Virus record (IMG/VR): IMGVR_UViG_3300011339_000336
Location: 1-43,762 of that record
Length of the DNA stretch: 43,762 nt
Reading direction: 5' to 3' (one strand)
DNA from: a virus
Taxonomy: Duplodnaviria > Caudoviricetes
The translations under genes and the position numbers were made by a program. Within the stretch, counting starts at the first letter, position 1. Every line of letters begins with the position of its first letter. The notes under the pieces were generated by a model that was given only the letters and a program-made list of their open reading frames with translations, made no database searches and was not told where the DNA came from. Shown here piece by piece: positions 26,379-33,525 of the stretch.

Positions 26379-26498
26379 ATGAAAGACATTACTAACTATA
26401 ACCAAGTGAAGATTGTGTACTGCTATACATGGCGTGACTATGTTGGGTGCTTTATCTTTGCAATGGCAATCTTCCTTCCCTTTTACTTCTGGAGATAA
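26379..26498 (+). CDS. Small membrane protein (39 aa)
   Basis: MKDITNYNQVKIVYCYTWRDYVGCFIFAMAIFLPFYFWR; fills the gap between neighbouring genes exactly. Confidence 0.5.
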   Translation: MKDITNYNQVKIVYCYTWRDYVGCFIFAMAIFLPFYFWR

Positions 26499-26500
26499 CT

Positions 26501-26785
26501 ATGTGGCACGCTATACATTTGAATAGAGAGTTTGCTACTCTGCGACAAGGTGACCACGGTGTTACTGACACAGAGTGGGAGCTTGGTTGCAGGGTTATTC
26601 GTATGAGCTACAAGAATGAGTCTGATGCCAAAGAATATATTGTTCGAGTTGGCATTGCTGTTCTGGATGCTGAAACCTGGAATGCAATGATCCGGGAGAT
26701 TAATGGAGACGATGTTCCTAGTAACAAATTTGTCTCTACATACAAACCCTATGACAAATGGGAACAACTTCCCATCATTTACTAA
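26501..26785 (+). CDS. Hypothetical early protein
   Basis: Start moved to ATG 26501 (GGAG SD). Confidence 0.7.
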   Translation: MWHAIHLNREFATLRQGDHGVTDTEWELGCRVIRMSYKNESDAKEYIVRVGIAVLDAETWNAMIREINGDDVPSNKFVSTYKPYDKWEQLPIIY

Positions 26786-26786
26786 T

Positions 26787-26911
26787 GGCGCTCAGCCCGG
26801 CAAGCCTGGGGTCACGCGCCAGCAGAGCTGGCACGGGCTTGCGGTGGGCTTCGCCTAATGTTCCAGTCGGGCTGGCTCCCGGCCCTTTGAGGGGGGCCGT
26901 GAGGCTGCGCC
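26787..26911. other. GC-rich multibranch fold-back element B
   Basis: Closing stem GGCG..CAGCC/GGCTG-CGCC; internal stems GCAAGCCTG/CGGGCTTGC, GCCAGC/GCTGGC, GGC-TTC-GCC, CGGCCC/GGGCCG. Confidence 0.6.
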
Positions 26912-26942
26912 CTCTTGTTTGTTTTTAACTTAGGAGTTAACT

Positions 26943-27119
26943 ATGAAATCACTTGACCTGGTAGATGAAATGAATTGGGAAGATTCCGATAAAGTGGATA
27001 TCCTTACGTTAGAAGAAGCTGGTTTAGAAGAGACTAACGAGACTGATAACGCATTTGCTTGTGGAATCTTTGCGTATCTCAATTGGTTCTATGACGGCGA
27101 CTACGGCATAGCTGAGTAG
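26943..27119 (+). CDS. Small highly acidic protein (58 aa)
   Basis: TTAGGAG SD; MKSLDLVDEMNWEDSDKVDILTLEEAGLEETNETDNAFACGIFAYLNWFYDGDYGIAE; 16 D/E versus 2 K. Confidence 0.7.
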   Translation: MKSLDLVDEMNWEDSDKVDILTLEEAGLEETNETDNAFACGIFAYLNWFYDGDYGIAE

Positions 27120-27139
27120 TTATTACTTAGTTAATAACT

Positions 27140-27283
27140 ATGAGCAAAGCGTTTTACATAGAACAAACTGATTATGACGACGTTATGGTCAGTATTGACA
27201 TTGATATGGATACTGGTGAAGTAAGTCCTATCAAGACTCAACTGGAGACACAAAACATTGAATCTGACGACATTCCCTTTTAA
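27140..27283 (+). CDS. Small acidic peptide ending in the SSB C-terminal motif DDIPF (47 aa)
   Basis: MSKAFYIEQTDYDDVMVSIDIDMDTGEVSPIKTQLETQNIESDDIPF-stop; weak SD. Confidence 0.65.
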   Translation: MSKAFYIEQTDYDDVMVSIDIDMDTGEVSPIKTQLETQNIESDDIPF

Positions 27284-27330
27284 CAAACTTTGATATGGCC
27301 TTAGCAATAGGGTCATATTGAGGCTATGTT
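27282..27330 (+). other. Long intergenic hairpin with GCAA tetraloop (possible RNase III site)
   Basis: ATATGGCCTTA-GCAA-TAGGGTCATAT with further outer pairing; no U-tail. Confidence 0.45.
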
Positions 27331-27351
27331 GCCTTTATTGATGGAGTCCTT

Positions 27352-27795
27352 ATGGAACCAACTACTACTTCACCGACGCTGTACGCAGCAGCTACGGAGG
27401 CTCTTGTCTCTGATAGCTCTGCTACTAGTACGTTTGAAAAGATGATTCAAGTAGCATTTACACATTCAACACTGGAGACGTTTGCTAAAGAAGTTAAAGA
27501 CACTGAGTCTTTGATTCGCAAAGAGTTTGAAGTGTCAGCTATGCCTGGCCCTTGGAGGTCTGCTAAGTCTGTTATCCAAAGTTCTATGAAACTGGGTCTT
27601 GGACTGGTTGATGACAATGGTGGTTTCTATGGCAAAACTCATCTTCAGAACAAGATTAAAGAAATGAAACTGGAGACAAAAGACCCCATGACCAATGATG
27701 AGTATGTAGACAAGATTATGAAACTTCTTATGGAAGTTCCAGCAGACATAGACAGCGCATATGTCTATAACAAAATCAAAGCTTATTTGGAGTAA
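27352..27795 (+). CDS. Hypothetical protein
   Basis: GGAG SD; 147 aa; MPGPWRSAKSVI motif. Confidence 0.75.
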   Translation: MEPTTTSPTLYAAATEALVSDSSATSTFEKMIQVAFTHSTLETFAKEVKDTESLIRKEFEVSAMPGPWRSAKSVIQSSMKLGLGLVDDNGGFYGKTHLQNKIKEMKLETKDPMTNDEYVDKIMKLLMEVPADIDSAYVYNKIKAYLE

Positions 27796-27800
27796 TTTAA

Positions 27801-29579
27801 ATGCTAACAAGTGGCATTGAGGTAATGAAATATGTGCGGGCAAGTGCTGGTAGGGCTGGACTTTCCGTAGTATTTGAGGATGTTAACCAACCTAAGCATA
27901 ATGGAAGCACTATCTATCTGCCTAGAATTACAGCATCCACAACAATACAAGAGTTAAAGCAACTCATGGCATCTACTGACCACGAGGTTGCCCATGACCG
28001 TTTTAGTTGCTTTGATCTAATCAAAGAAAAGAATCTTCCTTCTACCAATCCACTTATGTTTGTCTGGAATCTTCTTGAAGATTCTAGGATTAACATGATT
28101 GAATCTAAAGAGTATGAAGGTTTTAGAGAAAACTGGGATGAATGCGGTGCTGAAGTAATCTCAGAGATTCTTAAACGAGCTAAAAAAGATGTTACACCTA
28201 TCTCTAAGCTTATTACTTCTTTAATCCATTGGGAAAGTCAAATCTCAGCTAGTAGCTTTCCGTTAGTGCAACTAGCTACTAACAAATTTACTCCTGACAA
28301 AACAATAACAAATGTTCTTAATAACTATTCTGACCGCCTTATTCATTGCCACAGTATCTTAAACAAACGCAAAGGTTCTCAATCTACTTTTGATTTAGCT
28401 TACGACATACTCACTGAGTTAAAAAGTAGTATGAAAGAAGAGTTTCAATTACCTACAAAACCCAAATCTACTGGAGATGGTAAATCTGATGGAACTACTG
28501 ATGATGCAAAAGGCAAAACATCTAAACCAAGTGACACTAAAACTGATGGTGAAGGTAAACTTGTAGATTCTGAAGAGTATAAAATAATTGAAATAGAACT
28601 AACTCAAGAGGATATTGATAAATACTCTGTAACTATACCTGAAGACAAAACAGGTATGAGTAAAACTGGTATCAATATTAAACCTTTTGCAGAAACATAT
28701 GATGATTGGAGTTTAACTGATTACAACAAGTTTGTTGTAGTTAACTATCCTAAAACTATAGGTGATTCACAATATTTTCATAAAGAACCAAGTTTTACAA
28801 AAGTATATAAAGATAGGGTAGAAAAACATCTAATTTCTCAAGAAAACTTTGCTCAACAAGTTCGTAAACTCATTCAAGTTAGATCTAGAGTACAAACACA
28901 ATACGGCACTAAAAAAGGCAAACTAGATCAATCTAGGTTATCTCGTATTTGTTTTGATGCTCCTGGATTTAATGAGCGTGTGTTTAAAACTAAAATTGAA
29001 AATAAAACTCTTGATGCTGCAATCACAGTTCTTGTAGATATGTCTGGCTCAATGGGTGGAGATAAAGTATTTAATGCTTTAGCTTCAACAAAACTAGTCA
29101 ATGAGGTTTGTTCTACCCTTAACATTCCATTGGAAATACTTGGTTTTACTGATGTTAATGAGTCTGGTAAAGAATCTGATCCACTGATGTTTGTATACAA
29201 AAGCTTTTCTGACTTTAAAGTAAACAATGATTCTTTAGAAGAATACTTTTCAATGTCTAGCAGGTACATGGAAGGCAATCCTGACGGAGAAAATATCTTA
29301 TGGGCATATGATCGTCTTGTTAAACGTAAGGAAAAGAAAAGAATACTAATTGTTATGTCTGATGGCAGTCCTGCTGCTAGTAGAGGTATGCGAGGTATAT
29401 CTACTTTTACTCACAAAGTTATTGAGGAGATTGAAAAAGCTAAGTTAGTTGACATTTATGGTTTAGGACTATGCAGTGATTCTGTTAAAGATTACTACAA
29501 ATCACATAGCATAGTTAACGAACCACAAAACATTCCCAGCAAGTTGATTGAGTTAATAGAAAGGAAAATTTTAGTATGA
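27801..29579 (+). CDS. CobT-like VWA-domain protein with N-terminal HExxH
   Basis: DHEVAH and WNLLEDSRI in the N-terminus; low-complexity linker; GKLD..RL, MIDAS DMSGSMG, N.DGE, LIVMSDG.P. Confidence 0.85.
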   Translation: MLTSGIEVMKYVRASAGRAGLSVVFEDVNQPKHNGSTIYLPRITASTTIQELKQLMASTDHEVAHDRFSCFDLIKEKNLPSTNPLMFVWNLLEDSRINMIESKEYEGFRENWDECGAEVISEILKRAKKDVTPISKLITSLIHWESQISASSFPLVQLATNKFTPDKTITNVLNNYSDRLIHCHSILNKRKGSQSTFDLAYDILTELKSSMKEEFQLPTKPKSTGDGKSDGTTDDAKGKTSKPSDTKTDGEGKLVDSEEYKIIEIELTQEDIDKYSVTIPEDKTGMSKTGINIKPFAETYDDWSLTDYNKFVVVNYPKTIGDSQYFHKEPSFTKVYKDRVEKHLISQENFAQQVRKLIQVRSRVQTQYGTKKGKLDQSRLSRICFDAPGFNERVFKTKIENKTLDAAITVLVDMSGSMGGDKVFNALASTKLVNEVCSTLNIPLEILGFTDVNESGKESDPLMFVYKSFSDFKVNNDSLEEYFSMSSRYMEGNPDGENILWAYDRLVKRKEKKRILIVMSDGSPAASRGMRGISTFTHKVIEEIEKAKLVDIYGLGLCSDSVKDYYKSHSIVNEPQNIPSKLIELIERKILV

Positions 29580-30724
29580 CTACTATTGCTGTAGCAACAC
29601 CAACAACTTCTACTCCTAAAGTAGAAGACCTTGTTAAGAAAGCTATTAAAGAAGCTTTAGACAAACGTAAGATTGCTGAAGTGTATAAGGAAACATTTCC
29701 TGAAGACACAACAGCAAGCACAGCGTTTGAACCTGTAGCAAAACCATTACCTTTAAAATTCGTTGCATTGGCTTTTAACCAAGTTATGTTCTCAGAACTT
29801 ATTAGTAATCCTAGCACTCACGCACATGATGACTTTCCTGTCACTACTTTCCACGATTACAAGTGGGATGAACGTGTAGCTTCATTTGTTCCTAGTATCA
29901 ATCCTGATTACGTCATTGATGCGGAAATTGCATCTAACATTCTTAGGGCTTGGGAGCTTAATGAAAAAGTGCTTTGCTTTGGTCCTACAGGTGCTGGTAA
30001 ATCTAGTCTTATTGAGCAGCTATGTGCTTTGACCAATCGTCCATTCGTTCGTATCAATTGCACTGGAGACATGGATTCGTCTATGATCTTTGGTCAACTA
30101 ACAGCTAAAGATGGTTCAACAATCTGGGTTGATGGTGCTGTTACCGATGCTGTCAAGTATGGTGCAGTGTTTGCTTGGGATGAGTGGGACGTAACACCTC
30201 CTGAAATTTCTATGGGTCTACAGTGGCTACTAGAAGACGAAGGCAAGCTCTTTCTTAAAGAAATGCCCGGTAGCACTAAAGACAAGCAAATCACTCCACA
30301 CGAGCATTTCAGGCTTGTAGCTATTGGCAATACACAAGGCCAAGGTGATGACACAGGAGCACACGCAGGTACTAACGTACAAAACTCAGCTACTTTAGAT
30401 CGCTTTGGTACAGCAGTCTACATTGGCTATCTTGATCCTGCTATTGAGGAAAAGATGCTTACAAACAAGTGGGGTAGGGTAATCACTGGTAAAACAGCTA
30501 AGGAACTTGTTAAACTCGCCAACCTTGTCCGTCAAGGCTACCAAGCTGGACAGTTCAACTTAACCATCTCTCCTAGGTCACTGTTTAGCATCTGCAAGAA
30601 GCTATCACATGGTTCTACCTTAAAGAAAGCTTACAAAGTGGTTTACCTTAACAAGCTCAATGACACACAACGCAAAGTTGCTGACGAGCTATTTATCAAA
30701 ATTTATGGCAAAGACGTAACCTAA
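29576..30724 (+). CDS. CobS-like MoxR-family AAA+ ATPase
   Basis: Walker A GPTGAGKS, Walker B FAWDEWD, LQWLLE, GNT.G.GD, QN.ATLDRF, ISPR sensor 2. Confidence 0.9.
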   Translation: MTTIAVATPTTSTPKVEDLVKKAIKEALDKRKIAEVYKETFPEDTTASTAFEPVAKPLPLKFVALAFNQVMFSELISNPSTHAHDDFPVTTFHDYKWDERVASFVPSINPDYVIDAEIASNILRAWELNEKVLCFGPTGAGKSSLIEQLCALTNRPFVRINCTGDMDSSMIFGQLTAKDGSTIWVDGAVTDAVKYGAVFAWDEWDVTPPEISMGLQWLLEDEGKLFLKEMPGSTKDKQITPHEHFRLVAIGNTQGQGDDTGAHAGTNVQNSATLDRFGTAVYIGYLDPAIEEKMLTNKWGRVITGKTAKELVKLANLVRQGYQAGQFNLTISPRSLFSICKKLSHGSTLKKAYKVVYLNKLNDTQRKVADELFIKIYGKDVT

Positions 30725-30777
30725 AACTTAAAACCACAAAGCTCTCCTTCGGGAGAGTTTTCCATTTTAAATTTTAG
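30721..30777 (+). terminator. Long hairpin with cUUCGg loop (terminator or RNase III site)
   Basis: AAAGCTCTCC-TTCG-GGAGAGTTTT, extended by CTAAAACTTAAAA/TTTTAAATTTTAG. Confidence 0.6.
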
Positions 30778-30787
30778 AAAGGACTCC

Positions 30788-30964
30788 ATGAAACAAACTC
30801 CTAAATCATGCAGTTGTTCAGCGTGTAAAGCTGGAAAAACTACTAAAGGTGGTAAATACATGATGAATAGAAAAGAGCGTTCTATTCGTACAGCATGGAG
30901 AAACCAACGTACTAAAGAAGATCCAGTAGTAGCTCCAGCACCTAGCGGAAACTACTTTGATTGA
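30788..30964 (+). CDS. Small basic CxCxxC protein (58 aa)
   Basis: AAAGGA SD; MKQTPKSCSCSACKAGKTTKGGKYMMNRKERSIRTAWRNQRTKEDPVVAPAPSGNYFD. Confidence 0.65.
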   Translation: MKQTPKSCSCSACKAGKTTKGGKYMMNRKERSIRTAWRNQRTKEDPVVAPAPSGNYFD

Positions 30965-30987
30965 CTGTAAATTTATAAGGAATAAAC

Positions 30988-31185
30988 ATGGATGTATCTA
31001 CTTTATGTGTAAATTTGTTAAATCAACTTAACATTAGAGATTCAACTGCTAACTCAAAAATAACTGGTCTTGGTGAAATTGTATGGATGTTTAATAACTC
31101 TGAACTTAAAGAATATACAAACAATGTAATTACTGAACTTGTTCCAGAAATACTTGACACTATACAGTCTTTAAAACATGATTGA
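30988..31185 (+). CDS. Hypothetical protein
   Basis: TAAGGA SD; overlaps the primase start. Confidence 0.6.
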   Translation: MDVSTLCVNLLNQLNIRDSTANSKITGLGEIVWMFNNSELKEYTNNVITELVPEILDTIQSLKHD

Positions 31186-31996
31186 CCGCAAACTTATCCT
31201 AACAAATGCTCCTAGTAACATTGGAGATCAAGTGCATATCAATCATGCAGGATGTCCAGCAGGCAATGACACAAAAAAGCGGCTGTACATCAAACGCTCT
31301 GACCGGGGACTAGTAGCATACTGTCACCACTGTAACGAAACTGGGTTTGCTATAGATAACGATGACCAAAGACTTGGTACTTGGCTGTTTGACAAATCAA
31401 AAAGTGCTGGCACAAAAGATGCTCCTACTATAAGGTTCGGCCCCCTTAGCATTGAAGGTATGGTTTGGTTGCGTACTAACTACTGCAATCCTTCAGATAC
31501 AAACTTTACTGGTGTGCAAGGACAAAAGAACAAAGTGGGTTTGTATTTGTATGACCCTAATGGAACTGTTGTTGGTTGGCAAGTTAGAAACTTAATACCT
31601 GGTGCAAAACCTAAGTACTTAACTTCTTATTTCAACGCACATACTAGCCAAGGAGATGCAAGTTGGTTTTATAACGGTAGTAAGTACTTAGTTATTACTG
31701 AGGATTATCTTAGTGCTTACAGAATATCTAGAGATACTAATTTTTCTTCTGTAGCATTACTTAAAACTACTGTATCAGACAAGACTTTGCAGCAAATACA
31801 TGACCTTGAATTTGACAAGATATTTATTTGGTTAGACCCTGACAAAGCAGGAAGAGAAGGAGCATTTAAAACACTTAAAAAACTAAACCACTATTTACCT
31901 AAAGAAACAACTTTTAAAATATTAACTCTTGATAAAGAACCTAAAGAATGTGTACCTACTGTATTAAAAACATTTCTTGAAGGACATCAAACGTGA
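31178..31996 (+). CDS. DNA primase (Zn-binding + TOPRIM)
   Basis: H..C...YCHHC zinc motif; PKY; LVITEDYLSA; IWLDPDKAG. Confidence 0.85.
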   Translation: MIDRKLILTNAPSNIGDQVHINHAGCPAGNDTKKRLYIKRSDRGLVAYCHHCNETGFAIDNDDQRLGTWLFDKSKSAGTKDAPTIRFGPLSIEGMVWLRTNYCNPSDTNFTGVQGQKNKVGLYLYDPNGTVVGWQVRNLIPGAKPKYLTSYFNAHTSQGDASWFYNGSKYLVITEDYLSAYRISRDTNFSSVALLKTTVSDKTLQQIHDLEFDKIFIWLDPDKAGREGAFKTLKKLNHYLPKETTFKILTLDKEPKECVPTVLKTFLEGHQT

Positions 31997-32265
31997 CTAT
32001 CCTTAGACCTGAAAGTAAAGTAGATTGGTGGGATAAAAAGTCTAGTGTTGTAAGCAAGGTTAGGGCTTCAAAAGACTTTACTACTATAACTAGTACTCCT
32101 ACTATTTGGTATAAATTTACAGAGTTAACAGAAGAAGAAATATTAAATGCAGCTAAAGAAGTGTATGAAACTGTTAATCATCCTATCGCTTTATCTGATG
32201 AGGAATATTTAATGGTTATGGGAAAAGTTGTACAACAGTTATTGAAGGCTAAAAATGGATTATGA
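31993..32265 (+). CDS. Hypothetical protein
   Basis: GTGA overlap with primase; W...ELTEEEI....LKAKN motif. Confidence 0.6.
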   Translation: MTILRPESKVDWWDKKSSVVSKVRASKDFTTITSTPTIWYKFTELTEEEILNAAKEVYETVNHPIALSDEEYLMVMGKVVQQLLKAKNGL

Positions 32266-33520
32266 CATTTTGTATCTTTGCGCTCAAAGCAAAGAAAATC
32301 TACAAAAATATAGGAGATACATTAAACCCCATGTAGTTGTAAAAGAAACTAACATCATTCTTGATGGTATGGATAAGTACTACAAAACATTTCCCGGCAT
32401 TACAGATTTTGCATGGGATTCGTTTTCAGCGTATTTGATAGCTGACCAAAGCAAACGATTGACTGACGATAGCATTGTCAAACTTCGTATGACATTGACT
32501 AAAGCTAAAACGTATGAACCGCATCATGCACATGAAGAAGTAATCAAAACTCTTATTGAATTGGACTATTTAGCTCAAATCATGGAAGAATGTGAAAAAG
32601 TCAAAGAAGGTACTAGCGACCTTGAGCACGTTCACATCCTAGCAACCAATGCTCTTAAAAGCGTGGAGAGATATATTGAAAAAGATGAGTTGTTTGTTTC
32701 TGCTGATCTTTCTAGCATCGCGGATAGGATTAGTAGCTCTGGCTATGAATGGCGTTTGGATGCCCTCAATCGTTCTCTTGGGCCTCTTCGTACCGGTAAT
32801 TTTGTTATTGTTGCTGCCCGAGTAGAAGTAGGCAAAACTACGTTTCTAGCAAGCGAAGTTAGCTACATAGCTCAACAAATGCCAGCAGGTCGTCCTGTTA
32901 TTTGGGTTAACAACGAAGAAGAATCTTCTGTTGTGTTCTTTCGTATTGTTCAAGCAGCGTTAGGTGTTGAAAGCAAAGAGATGATTGCTGATTCTAAAGC
33001 TGCTATGACCGCATACACAGCTCTTATGTTAGGCGACAAAGACAAGATTCGTGTTACTAAAGACACCAACCACATTCGTGACTTAGAGACTTTGTTTAGA
33101 GAAGTCAATCCGGGCCTAATCATATTTGATCAACTAGACAAAGTAGATGGTTTTAACAAAGGAGATGAACGTGAAGACATCAAACTTGGAAAGATCTACA
33201 AGTGGGCGCGAGAGCTTGCTCGTACCTATGGCCCTGTCATTGCAGCTTCTCAACTTAGTGCTTCGGTGGTGGATATTAAAGATCCTCCGTTTATCGGGAT
33301 GGATGCTCTCCGTGGAAGCAAGACGGATAAGCCGGGTGAGGCAGATGCTGTTATCACAATTGGAAAGTACAAAGAACCCAAAACTCCAGAGGAAGAAATG
33401 ATTAGAACTATCAATGTTCCTAAGAACAAACTACCTGGTGGTGGTGGTAAACAAATGGAATCTGAACGTCATGGTCAATACCTTGTAACCATTGATCCTA
33501 TTCGTGCTCGTTTTGAATAA
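32255..33520 (+). CDS. DnaB-like (SF4) replicative helicase
   Basis: AARVEVGKTTF, NNEE, IIFDQLDK, ASQLS, GSKTDK.GEAD, KNK. Confidence 0.9.
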   Translation: MDYDILYLCAQSKENLQKYRRYIKPHVVVKETNIILDGMDKYYKTFPGITDFAWDSFSAYLIADQSKRLTDDSIVKLRMTLTKAKTYEPHHAHEEVIKTLIELDYLAQIMEECEKVKEGTSDLEHVHILATNALKSVERYIEKDELFVSADLSSIADRISSSGYEWRLDALNRSLGPLRTGNFVIVAARVEVGKTTFLASEVSYIAQQMPAGRPVIWVNNEEESSVVFFRIVQAALGVESKEMIADSKAAMTAYTALMLGDKDKIRVTKDTNHIRDLETLFREVNPGLIIFDQLDKVDGFNKGDEREDIKLGKIYKWARELARTYGPVIAASQLSASVVDIKDPPFIGMDALRGSKTDKPGEADAVITIGKYKEPKTPEEEMIRTINVPKNKLPGGGGKQMESERHGQYLVTIDPIRARFE

Positions 33521-33525
33521 ACACA

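Noticed and set aside
26787-26911. tRNA or tRNA-like gene
   Set aside because: Multibranch fold, but no T-loop (TTCRA), D-loop GG context or 7-nt anticodon loop; no tRNA recognized elsewhere in the window.
27801-30724. Auxiliary cobalamin biosynthesis genes
   Set aside because: Similarity is to generic MoxR AAA and VWA domains; no cobN or other pathway genes, so cobS/cobT symbols were not assigned.
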